From: a virus
Lineage: Duplodnaviria; Caudoviricetes
DNA length: 64,000 nt
Strand: one strand, 5' to 3'
IMG/VR virus record: IMGVR_UViG_3300028833_000053
A program made the position numbers and the translations under genes. Shown in pieces: positions 18,468 to 29,118 of this stretch (positions are counted from its first letter, which is position 1; each line of letters begins with the position of its first letter). The notes beneath the pieces are model-generated. The model did no database searches, was not told the origin of the DNA, and worked only from the letters and a program-made list of their open reading frames with translations.

Positions 18468-18558
18468 GCTGAGGTCGTATAGTCTGGTCGATTACAATGG
18501 CTTCGTAAGCCATTATGCTTCTGGCATCACGTCAGTTCAAATCTGACCCTCAGCTCCA
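18468..18558 (+). tRNA. tRNA-Thr(CGT) with a long variable arm
   Basis: Loop TT-CGT-AA, V-arm ATGC-TTCTG-GCAT, CCA. Confidence 0.85.
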
Positions 18559-18562
18559 TTTG

Positions 18563-18645
18563 GCTAGGGTGGCTGAGAGACCGAAAGCGCGTCCATGGTA
18601 AGGACGTATTCCACATCGTCAGTTTGAATCTGACCCCTAGCTCCA
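18563..18645 (+). tRNA. tRNA-Thr(GGT)
   Basis: Loop AT-GGT-AA, 11-nt V region, CCA. Confidence 0.85.
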
Positions 18646-18654
18646 ATTTGAATT

Positions 18655-18684
18655 AGACCATAGGTGACAGCCTATGGTCTTTTC
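18655..18684 (+). terminator. Intrinsic terminator after the last tRNA
   Basis: AGACCATAGG/CCTATGGTCT followed by a T-run. Confidence 0.7.
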
Positions 18685-18762
18685 ATTAAATTTATGTATA
18701 ATTTATAGTAAATACTTTTATGGAGTCACTGTCATGACTTCAACAACAAAAAGGTAAAAACA

Positions 18763-19545
18763 ATGAAATGTGAAAAATGCGGTAACGAACATGATGGTTC
18801 TTATGGAACAGGTAGATTTTGTTCAGAAAGTTGCAAACAAGCATATGTTGCTGGTAAAGTAAAACATAGAAAAAGTGGATTTGCAATAAATAATCCAAAC
18901 CCAAAAGCAAAGTATGGAACGTGGAAATGCCGACTTTGCGGAATCATTTTCAATACACGGGCAACCTTAAAACAACATATGAATTTGGAACATCCATATG
19001 ACAAATCTCATGCGTGGAATTATGGAAAGACAAAAGAATCAGATAAACGTCTAAAAATCGCATCGGAAAAACTTTCAATAAACATGAAACGTTATTTGGC
19101 TTCGGGAAAAGTACGCAAACACATATGGAATGATTCTGAACGTAAAGCCCAATCTGAACGAGCAAAGAAAAACAAAATTGGAGGCTATCATAAACATGGT
19201 GGACGTGGAAAAAGAGGATGGTATAAAGGATATTGGTGCGATAGTTCATGGGAACTTGCTTATGTCATATACAATCTTGAACACGATATACATTTTGTCA
19301 GAAACAGAGTTGGATTTGAATATGAATATGGAGGAATGATTCGGAAATACTATCCCGATTATATTCTTGATGATGGAACTTATGTCGAAGTAAAAGGATA
19401 TGAAGACGAAAAGGTTAAAGTAAAACACAAAACATTTATTTCATCTGGACACATATTAAATGTCATAGGAAAAGAGGAGATAAAACCATACCTTCAATAC
19501 GTCATCGAGAAATATGGAAAGGACTTTACAAGGCTATATGAATGA
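18763..19545 (+). CDS. Putative homing endonuclease, paralog of 11735-12508
   Basis: CEKCGNEHDGSYGTGRFCSESC, C2H2 finger, DSSWE..YYPDY..YVEVKG. Confidence 0.75.
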   Translation: MKCEKCGNEHDGSYGTGRFCSESCKQAYVAGKVKHRKSGFAINNPNPKAKYGTWKCRLCGIIFNTRATLKQHMNLEHPYDKSHAWNYGKTKESDKRLKIASEKLSINMKRYLASGKVRKHIWNDSERKAQSERAKKNKIGGYHKHGGRGKRGWYKGYWCDSSWELAYVIYNLEHDIHFVRNRVGFEYEYGGMIRKYYPDYILDDGTYVEVKGYEDEKVKVKHKTFISSGHILNVIGKEEIKPYLQYVIEKYGKDFTRLYE

Positions 19546-19558
19546 TGTATAATATCAT

Positions 19559-19780
19559 ATGACAAACAAAGAATTAATAGCCAAACTTTCTGAATTTCCC
19601 GAAGATTCCGAAGTTGATTTCTGTCTGTTTTCAAACTTGACACCAAGGCGTTGTGACGTTAAGGATAACCACGTCATGATTAGGCGGTCGCCTCATACGG
19701 GATTGCTCTACATCATGCTTGACCTTGAACCCTATTGGGAAGAGGACATCAAGCGTTCCTTGGCAAGGAATTTTAATTAG
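19559..19780 (+). CDS. Small hypothetical protein
   Basis: MTNKELIAKLSEFPEDSEV, a common phage N-terminal motif. Confidence 0.7.
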   Translation: MTNKELIAKLSEFPEDSEVDFCLFSNLTPRRCDVKDNHVMIRRSPHTGLLYIMLDLEPYWEEDIKRSLARNFN

Positions 19781-19986
19781 CTTCCCAATGCGCGTTCGGA
19801 CGTCTAGCCACGTTTCTGCAGAATCTGTGGCGGCTCCGTCCAACTGCCTTTGGGGTGTGTCCACGCAGGTTAGCGGGTTGGCGTGGACTTCATACGGTCA
19901 GCACAGACTCCCAAATCCAACAAACCCAACATAGATGAGTGTGCGTTCTATGCTTGGCTGGATCCAAAAACCCGCGACCATTTATC

Positions 19987-20004
19987 AAACGTCAAAACAT
20001 TCAA
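19987..20004 (+). promoter_or_regulatory. Trailer motif, exact reverse complement of leader 5544-5561
   Basis: AAACGTCAAAACATTCAA. Confidence 0.75.
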
Positions 20005-20007
20005 GCG

Positions 20008-20037
20008 AAACGGCGCCGGAAAACCGGCGCCGTTTTT
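20008..20037 (+). terminator. Strong intrinsic terminator
   Basis: AAACGGCGCCGG-AAAA-CCGGCGCCGTTT plus TT. Confidence 0.85.
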
Positions 20038-20115
20038 GTTGTTGTCCACCATCTGTCAGCAAACTGAATTCAATTTGGAACTTTACGGTTTTCCTTCTTT
20101 CTGGTATAATATGGT

Positions 20116-23100
20116 ATGACAAACATTGACGATATAATGCACCAAATCGGCTTCATATCCGGGAAACTGGACGTGGTTGGTGGAAATGCTGAATCCTTGG
20201 TTGAACTTTGCCAAGAATGCAGCAAGGAACTTTCTGAAATAGCCGAAGAGTATTGGAAAGGTAAAGACGAAAATGGAAAACGAGACATCGAGCTTTGATG
20301 CTTTCTTGAAGGAGCCCGTTGACAAGATTGACGTTCTTCCTGCGAACATTGCGGTGGAGACTGTTGGAAAGCAGGTTCCAAGGGAGAGCCTTGAACGCAC
20401 AATGCGCTCCGCGATGGAAAACTTGGTTGAGGCCGGCATAGGGGATTCCAACACAAGCAAGCTGGCGAACGACACGAGGACGCTCCTGGTTTTCTGCCAG
20501 ATGATTTGGAACGAGAAGGAAGAGTGGAAACATCATTTCCGCCAAATGGCCGACAGGTACAACAAGCACCTTGACAATGAAATATCCCAATACAAGAGGA
20601 TGTTGGGAAAATGAGAAAAGAGAAGCGCGAATGTGACGTTGCCAACAGCTCCCAGGAATTGGTCAAGGCGTTTGTGGAACATTGCAACTATTGTGAACAA
20701 GGGTGTCCAATGGGATGCATTCGGCGAAGGGGCGAGATAATCGACTTGTTGGATTTTGACAGTTGGAAGTGTGGAAACATACTTCAATGCTTCGCCGAAT
20801 TCTGCATGTCAAGGGTAAGGGGTACTTGACTTTCCATTTGGATTTTGATATACTGGTTCTGCAAAAGAAGAAAGGCTTTTTATGAGCAAGAGCAGACATC
20901 AAAGGCACATCCGAACGTTGGACTCCCTCAACAAGAAGGGATGGCATGTCATAGCGGCATGGAACGCCAACAGGAGCATGGCTTGCAGTGGCAACATACA
21001 CTGGTCATTTCCGGGTTGGCATTATTTCCATTTGTTCAACGGGAAGTCTGATGGCTACTACACGCCACCGTTTGTCCAGATGCCCTATACCGTGTTCGTG
21101 GTGAAGAAGCAGTATGAAAAAGAACGCGAGATTGTCCTTCATGGGTGGAAGGAACTGCGGGAGTTCACGGCGGGTCCGGAGAGGTGGATTGAGAAAGAAG
21201 GAGGCAAGTGATGGAAAACGCAACGCCGGAGACCCTAGTTGTTGACAAGAACAAGTACGAGCAGATGGTAAAGCTGCTCAAGATGATATACAAGGCCGCC
21301 GAAACAGTCAATGGAAACTCAAGACTTGAAATCAACGCCGATGCGCTGAAGGAGACCATTGAGAAAGTCCTGCACATGGAGGTTGACGCGAAAGCGAAGC
21401 GCAACTGCGAAGTCTACAAGACACGGGACGAGGCTTGGAAAGCGTTTACGCACACAAGTGGATACATCATCAACGGCAACGGGTGGTTCAGCACCTGGCT
21501 TTTCAGGAAGTACAACCCAAACGAATACGAGGCGTGGTGAAATGAAATTCAAATTCAAGAAGTGGCATTGGCGGGACATCTTGTGCTGGATTAGACTCCA
21601 CGTCTGGGGCTTGTCAAAGGGATATACCCTGAAGCAGTTTTGCGGCGATTGCAAGAAGTGCAATGGCTTGTTTGGATATTGTGGCTGCATTCCCTGTCCC
21701 CTGAGATTCCCCATTGACGGTTCCGACTACACGAAGAAGGAACCCGACGAAACACCAAGCACATTGGGTTCTCCGAAGGAGGGTGAGTGATGCAACGTCA
21801 ATGCGAGATTTGCGGGAAGTTCCATTACAGGGTTTATGACGCAAGGGAACTGGCCAAAACCCTGAACTTGACACCAAGGGACAATTCAACGAACGATCCC
21901 GGCAAGTTCACCATCTGCATTGACTGCTACAACGACATTGAACGCGCCATTGCAAACGCATGGCTTACACCGATAAAGGACTGATAAAATGGATACCGAC
22001 AAACTGAAGAAGATAGCCGACAGGCTTTTGTACACCGCTCAGGTGAATGGCGGGACGATGGGGCATGAAATGCACGTATGCGCCACCCAAATAAACGAAG
22101 TTCTGGCTAATGAGAACACCTCCTATGTCAAGAACTGCCACAGGTTCAACAACTCCGAGGAAGCCCAAATCGCGTTTCTCAACGAGCGTTGGCTTACGTC
22201 CGTTGATGACCTTAAGGAGACTCCGTTTGACGATTGGACGGAGGAAATGAAATCCTGCTATGCCAAGTGGCTGATGAGCCCGGTTGACCCCAAGGTTTCG
22301 GAGTGCAAGTTGCGTGGGGAGATTGTGCGTCTGAACACGATATTGAAAAAGGCGAAGTCCATCGTGATTCAGCTTCTTGACGATTGGGACGATGAAGCCG
22401 ACCGCAGGTGGAACTGGGGACGTTTGTTTGAGGTGCTTGACATCAAGCGCGATACGGCAAAGGAAGAACGGCAAGCTGAAAGGGAACCGACAGATGAGTG
22501 CTGCAAAACGGAATTCCACCTTCCGCGGGGTCTTGACTGAAATGGGCGTTGAAGCAAGATGGAGATTGAAGTAAACAGAAACGAAAAGTGGGTGAAGGTG
22601 AAGCCCGAGGAACTGACAACCTACGAGCTTTGCGACTGCCTTTCACGCATCATGCTGGATTCTGACGAGTTCATTCCCCAACAGGAGATTGACGAGGGCT
22701 ATGCCGCAATCCAAGAGGCTATTCGCAGACTTGAAAAGAATGGAGAAGACGGAAATGGCTGACGCATTTGGAAAGAAGTTTGAAAACGGCGACATTCTCG
22801 CCCTTGTTGACGACTATGTTGGCATTGACAAGGACAAGATGGGCTTGGTTCGCGTGTACGAGGCGAACAAATACGTCATGCTCTACGTTCTGACGGGGAT
22901 GGATGGCAAGGGCCGATACCCAATGGAAAATGTGTTAATTGACAAGCACTACGAGAAGATTGGAGAATATTCCCCCGGCTCTTCCGATGAACTCCTTTTT
23001 TCCGGGCATGTCACGTTTGAGGAGGATGTATGAACATTGACATGACAATTGACTACGACAAGCTGCTTGAAGAGGCGAAGAAGAGGTACGAGAAAGTTCT

Positions 23101-26100
23101 CAAGCTCGATAGGAAAGCCACGAATCTGTTCATCAACGGCGTCCCGGGGAAGAAATACTGGCCCGTCCAGGAAAAGTTCCTCGCCGCGAGAGACGAATAC
23201 CGTAACTGGGAGAAGAACAACATTGACAAACTTGGGGTGAGTCTCATAACCAATTTTGAAAACGGAACCCCAATCGGGATTGACGCGGTGATTTCTGGAC
23301 ACGACAACTGGGGTAGAGGGAAGCATTGATGACAATTGACGAGAGAAAGATGGCAATTGCCTACGCGGACTTGCTGAACATACAGGAGCTTGTCCAGCAC
23401 ATCATGCGGATGGACGTAGACGATCTTATGGACGAGGACACGAGGCTCGCTTTTGTCAAATTGACCTTAAACTTGGACAAAGTTGCTTCCAAGGTTGGAA
23501 AGTACATGTCAGAGCATACAGACTTCAACGAGGAGAAAACCAATGACGATTGACGAATCGCGGAAGCATTATCCATTCATTTCATACGGTTCAGAGTACG
23601 ATCTGTGGGAAAAGACGGGGAAGTGGTACAAGTGGCTCCTGGACAGGATTCTGTCCGAGCGGCCATCTGAGGGAACTGACCATGACTGGAACAAGCTTGC
23701 GATATGGCTCCAGTTTGAGTTGAAGGAACGCAACGCGCTGTTCAGGCAGTTGCCAAAGCCCACGAAGGAACAGTACTCTGACAAAGACGACCCTGATTAC
23801 CCCTGGACTACCGGCAAGTGGCCCGAGGATGCAATGCCCGCAATCAGGACATTCGCCGAGAAGGAGGCGAAATGCCACGATGTTGGTGAGAAGGTGGCAG
23901 CGATATTGACGAAGAACGAGTACTGCAAGAAGGTGTTGAAGCAGAAAACCTACAAGTCCAGAAATCAGGAAGAGAAAGCGAGGAAGAGGAAATGAAATTG
24001 ACAACCAAGGAAGCCGTTGAGAAAATACGCGACCACATTCTTTGTGGAAACCACAGCGATGGCATAATTGCCCCGATTCTGAATTGGTGCGACAAGGCTC
24101 TTGCCGACTATGACGCTTCCGAGGATGAAAAGAAGCCCGCTCCCGTTGTGGAATCCCCCAAGAGGAAGGAAGCAAGGGAAATACGGGAAATGCAGTTGAC
24201 CTCGCCAATGGCAAAGATGTTTCAGGAAGCCCTTGCATCAGACCTTGACCACGAAGCCGACATGGAAGAGCGGAAACTTTCCCTTCCAAAGCGGAACTGC
24301 GACAGGGCAGACGCATGGACGTACACGGACGCCATTGACCTTTTCCTCAAGGAGAATCCCAAGGTTGATCATCGTGTCAACATTTGGAATTGGAACGAGT
24401 GGCACAAGTTCGTCCAGTGGATTTTCAAGAAACCGCCGGCAAAGAACTAACCAGAATCGTTCATTTCTGGTATAATAATGTGAGGAGAAGTTTGATATGA
24501 GAGTAAAGGAATTCATAGCCGGGCATTGCAAGTACTGCGATGACTTCGATTCTGACCTTGGATGCAGGGCGTATCTGAACGAGGAATGCGATGAAGCACA
24601 CGCGGAGCCGAAGTTCAAGGGAAAGACCATGCGTTTGCGAATTGACGAATACTGCGCAAAGCAGGGAATAAAGTACCTTACGAAGCTGCATGACGATTGG
24701 AAAGAGGAAACCAAGAAAAAGGCTCCGAAAAAGGCTCCGAAAAAGAAAACGGAGTTGATGACCCCCGGTGAACCCCTTGACGACATCATCCTCCAGATTT
24801 GGAATGACGGGGCCGAGTACATCATCTACGATGATTCGGACTTGAAGCATTTCAGAAAGCGCATCAGAGAAGCAGTATTGAATGAAGAAGCAAAGAAAGG
24901 AAAGAAAGGAAAGAAGTAAAATGTACAGTCCATCAAAGAAGAGAATCTGGGCAAAGAGGTTTGTCATGTTCTGCATTGGCGTTGCCATTGGCAGCGTTGG
25001 CATCAACATCTGGGAAGGGAAGTGGGTAGACGTTTGCACTTGGGTCACCGCCTTGCTCTGGGCAATTGGCTGGCGAATGGAGATGCAGAACTCCGATGAG
25101 GACAGGGCCGACGCGGACTATTGGAAGAACCTTTGGCTGAACAGTGAAGCCACAAAATCCTACGAAAACTCATTTTCAAACAGTGAACCACCGGTTCTTG
25201 ACGATCCGGAGAAGAAAGATGCCTGACGAAGAACGCATAACCGGGATTGAGGTGGATGGTGACATGTACGATGCCGTCAGATATGGAACTGGGAAATCCA
25301 TTTGCTGCAACTGCGATTTCCTGTTGTGGCGCATGGTGTGTCCGTTCAAGAATCCCGAAACGTGCAGAAACGTCATTGGCGAAAGAATCCTTGTGAAGAG
25401 AGAGGTGAAGTAAAATGAATTGGATAACTATAACTTGCATATCGGTGTACGTTGCCGGATTGATCATCATTCCAACTGTGATGGGAGTCCTTCAATCACG
25501 CGAAATCAGAAGGAACTTTATGGAGTGGGACGACTATGTTATACTTCTGATTATTATGCTCAGCTGGCCGGTTGTGCTTGGATTGGTGGCAATTTGGGGT
25601 ATTGGCTATGTCATTGGATATGTTCCGTTCACCCTGCTCAAATGGTGGATGAAGAAATGCGCCAGGTGTGCAGAATGGTGGGAGGAACGTCAAGTGAAGA
25701 AGCGCGTCCTTGAAAACCTGATGAAGGAGAAAAAGCAATGAGAGTTAATCTGTCCCCAGAAGTTGCATGGACTATCTATGGAATCGGAGTTGTCGTGTTC
25801 CCGATTCTTGTTGGCGCGATGTTCAAGGAAAAGAAGTTCAGTGTGATGGACGATGGCGTTCCGGTGTTTTTCCTGTCACTGACATGGCCGATTGTGCTTT
25901 TCCTTGTTGCAATAGTATGGTCCGTGATGGTGGCGTGTTTCATTCCTGGCTGGGTGTGGAACGGTCTTCTGCACCTTGGCGGAGAGATTGGATGGCGTTA
26001 TGGCATGTGGAAGGAAGTCCGTAACGCGAAGAAAAAGGCGAAGGAACGCGAGAGGAAAGAACGCGAGGAACGCGAACATGCAAAGCGGGTGTTGAACGCG

Positions 26101-26398
26101 AAGCCCGGCGACAAGGAATACTTTGATTATGTCTGCGATTGAAGATTTCAATTGAAAAGAAAGGAACATGGAAATGACGTGGGTTGAATTGGTGGCTGTC
26201 ATGTATGTCATTGGGTACGTCTGCACCCTTTACTACTTCATGCGTTTCTTTAATGATTTGCGTGGGCGTGAAGCCTCAGCTGGGATAATCACTTCACTTT
26301 TCATTTCGGTGTTCTGGCCGATCTTATGGACGTACAGGTTGATTGTGGAGACATTCTGCAAGGATAAGGATGACGAGGAATATGGATCAAGAAGTTAA
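20116..26398 (+). other. Block of about 22 short, co-oriented, overlapping early/accessory genes (hypothetical, Zn-binding and membrane proteins)
   Basis: Consecutive plus-strand ORFs with start/stop overlaps; promoter TTGACT-17 nt-TATACT at 20826-20854. Confidence 0.75.
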
Positions 26399-27899
26399 AC
26401 TTCCCTATGGCGTGTTGAACGCAGACTGTCTGGAGGCAATGAAGAAGTTTCCGGACAACTTCATCGACGCGGTTGTGACCGACCCGCCCTATGGGTTGTC
26501 GTTCATGGGCAAGGACTGGGATCATGGCGTTCCGGGTGTTGCATTTTGGAAAGAGGCTCTGAGGATAACGAAGCCCGGTGGTCATATCGTGGCGTTTGGT
26601 GGTTCAAGAACTTACCACCGCTTGACTTGCGCCATTGAGGACGCCGGCTGGGAAATACGAGACTGCCTTGGATGGCTGTATTCATCGGGTTTTCCGAAAT
26701 CCATGGACATTTCAAAGGCGATTGACAAGAAGTTGGGGGCGAAACGCGCCGATCGGGGTGGTGTTGGCGACCACGAAGGAACCGTTGACTTTGGAATGAA
26801 GAACCGCTGTCCCAAGTGCGGCAAGCCCTATTTCTCCGCCAATCCCTGCACATGCCCACGGGATGATCTTGTTCCAATAACGGACGAGGCGAAGAAGTGG
26901 AGTGGTTGGGGTACTTGTCTCAAGCCGGCGTTTGAGCCTATTGTGCTTGCAAGGAAGCCGTTGGAGGGAACTGTTGTCGAGAACGTGATGAAGCACGGTG
27001 TTGGTGGATTGAACATAGACGAGTGCCGCGTTCCCTATGAAGAAGGTGGAACGGCTGCGACAAACCCGTTGATTAGGGAGCTGCGTGGATGCAAGAACAA
27101 CCATGGTGCGGACACGGGTTCAAGCTGGAGAATCACCGGGGAAGAGGGTAAAGTGGGTCATGCCAACTTGAAGGGACGCTTCCCCGCCAACATCATCCAC
27201 GATGGCTCCGATGAAGTCATTGATGCGTTCGACAACAAATTGACGCCGGACTTCACTCCCATTGTACTTGCCAGAAAACCAATTGAGGGAACTGTCGCGG
27301 ACAACGTGATGAAGTATGGGGTTGGAGGCTTGAACATTGACGAATGCAGGGTTCCGTCCGACGAGCCAGTTGTGGTGCATTCCCCTGGGAAGGAGACCTT
27401 GTATGACAGCGGCCACGGTGACATGGGTACTTGGGTTGACAACCGAGGAAGGTTTCCCGCGAACATCATCCACGATGGTTCCGAAGAGGTTCTTGAAGTG
27501 TTCCCGGACAACGTAAAAGGTGGAACGTGGAACAGGACAAAGGGGGCGAGACCTTTCAACAACAACGGAAAGGACACCGAATACACCAGTGGCGGTTCGG
27601 ACAAGTCCGTGGGTTCCGCCGCAAGGTTCTTCTATTGTCCCAAAGCCAGCAAGAAGGAAAAGGGCAAGGACAACCCGCATCCAACCGTGAAGCCCATAGC
27701 CTTGATGGAATACCTTGTCAAGCTGGTTTCCCCCGAGGGATCGAAGGTTCTTGACCCGTTCATGGGGTCTGGGACAACCGGAGTTGCAGCCATCAATCTT
27801 GGGCGCAAGTTCATTGGCATCGAGAAGGAACCTGAATACTTCGAGGTTGCGAAAAAGCGCGTTGAAGAAGCTTTCCAAAAAACGCAAAAAGTGGTATAA
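26382..27899 (+). CDS. DNA amino-methyltransferase (N6A/N4C, beta-type motif order) with an internal duplication
   Basis: VVTDPPYG near the N-terminus; HPTVKP and VLDPFMGSGTTG near the C-terminus. Confidence 0.9.
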   Translation: MDQEVKLPYGVLNADCLEAMKKFPDNFIDAVVTDPPYGLSFMGKDWDHGVPGVAFWKEALRITKPGGHIVAFGGSRTYHRLTCAIEDAGWEIRDCLGWLYSSGFPKSMDISKAIDKKLGAKRADRGGVGDHEGTVDFGMKNRCPKCGKPYFSANPCTCPRDDLVPITDEAKKWSGWGTCLKPAFEPIVLARKPLEGTVVENVMKHGVGGLNIDECRVPYEEGGTAATNPLIRELRGCKNNHGADTGSSWRITGEEGKVGHANLKGRFPANIIHDGSDEVIDAFDNKLTPDFTPIVLARKPIEGTVADNVMKYGVGGLNIDECRVPSDEPVVVHSPGKETLYDSGHGDMGTWVDNRGRFPANIIHDGSEEVLEVFPDNVKGGTWNRTKGARPFNNNGKDTEYTSGGSDKSVGSAARFFYCPKASKKEKGKDNPHPTVKPIALMEYLVKLVSPEGSKVLDPFMGSGTTGVAAINLGRKFIGIEKEPEYFEVAKKRVEEAFQKTQKVV

Positions 27900-27922
27900 T
27901 ACAGTAGAACAAAGGAAACGCA

Positions 27923-28171
27923 ATGTCAAAGCTCAGTAAACTCGTGGACAAGTATTGCTTATTCAGCTTCTTCATCATAGCCGTGTGCGAAGCGGTGCAG
28001 TGCTATTGGATGTCGGCCCTTGGTTGGTTCATGGCCGGTCTTGGTTGGTATGCCTGGGAAGAGGAAAAGCAATTCTACGACATGCTTGCCGACTTGTACA
28101 GGAAACACCTCAAGGAGTGCAAGTGCAACAACGAAACAAAAGACGAAGATGAGAAGAAAGACAATGATTGA
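27923..28171 (+). CDS. Small membrane protein
   Basis: Two hydrophobic segments. Confidence 0.55.
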   Translation: MSKLSKLVDKYCLFSFFIIAVCEAVQCYWMSALGWFMAGLGWYAWEEEKQFYDMLADLYRKHLKECKCNNETKDEDEKKDND

Positions 28172-28346
28172 GTTGAAGAGATGTCCGTTTTGCGATGGGG
28201 AGCCCGAAATTCGCCACGGTGGATTGCCTTGGATGGCAACCATTGCATGTCCAGATTGCGGCGCGGAGATAAAGGTCATCAACGAGGACGTGAGCATGGT
28301 CGTCATTGACGCAATAGAGAGGTGGAACAGGAGGGTAAACGGATGA
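28164..28346 (+). CDS. Lar-like Zn-ribbon protein
   Basis: ELKRCPFCDG...CPDCGA...AIERWNRR. Confidence 0.7.
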   Translation: MIELKRCPFCDGEPEIRHGGLPWMATIACPDCGAEIKVINEDVSMVVIDAIERWNRRVNG

Positions 28347-28660
28347 ACGTGTTGGCTTTCATATTTGGCTACTGCCTTGTTGGGTGGATTGTCATGCTGA
28401 TAATGGGGTGGTTTGACGAGGACAACACCTGCAACGCGGATTTGATTTGGACCGCGGGACTGATGTGGCCGCTGTTCCTGGCTGTCCTTTTTGTGTGGAA
28501 AACACTGGAGTGTTTGATTGCACTTGGAGAAAGGTTCCAGTGGATTGGAAAGGTTCTCCACTGCATTGGAATGGTGTTCCGTCCATATTCACTTGGGCAG
28601 GAAATTTACGAATTGTTCAAGAAGAAAAACAAAAAGGAATCTGAAGATGATGACGATTGA
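28343..28660 (+). CDS. Membrane protein of the WP-motif family
   Basis: TM helices, LMWPLFL. Confidence 0.6.
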   Translation: MNVLAFIFGYCLVGWIVMLIMGWFDEDNTCNADLIWTAGLMWPLFLAVLFVWKTLECLIALGERFQWIGKVLHCIGMVFRPYSLGQEIYELFKKKNKKESEDDDD

Positions 28661-29117
28661 GGACATGAAGGAACTCTCAAAGAGAATTTACGCAGAGGCT
28701 TTGAGGTACAGCACGATAAGCCAGGTGTACCATGACCTTATGGATGCCTGTGCAATCATAGACCACTACGTTAAACTGGTGGAATCCAAAAGCCTTGGGA
28801 AAGAAGATGATGGTGAATAGTTGTTCAGCCCCGAATTGCCGGTTGACCAGGTGTTGAAGATTGGACGCGACTTCCAAAACCAGGACAGTTGGCATGGTGC
28901 GCATTACGACACCGCGAGGTTGCTTTGCGACACCATAGAGAGGTTGAATGGAGAGTTGAAACGGAAAAGGGAAACGTCAAAGGACATTACGTCCGCCATC
29001 GAGGAACTTATTCAGATGACCTGCTCGTTGTGCAAGTATAAATCCTGCGATGGCAAGGGAGACTGCTCCGGAATAGACAACGCAAGGAAAGCACTTGCTG
29101 AACTGAAAGGAGAATGA
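28647..29117 (+). CDS. Hypothetical protein with 1 in-frame TAG (28818-28820)
   Basis: The ORF ending at 28820 and the ORF starting at 28821 are contiguous in one frame. Confidence 0.55.
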
Positions 29118-29118
29118 A

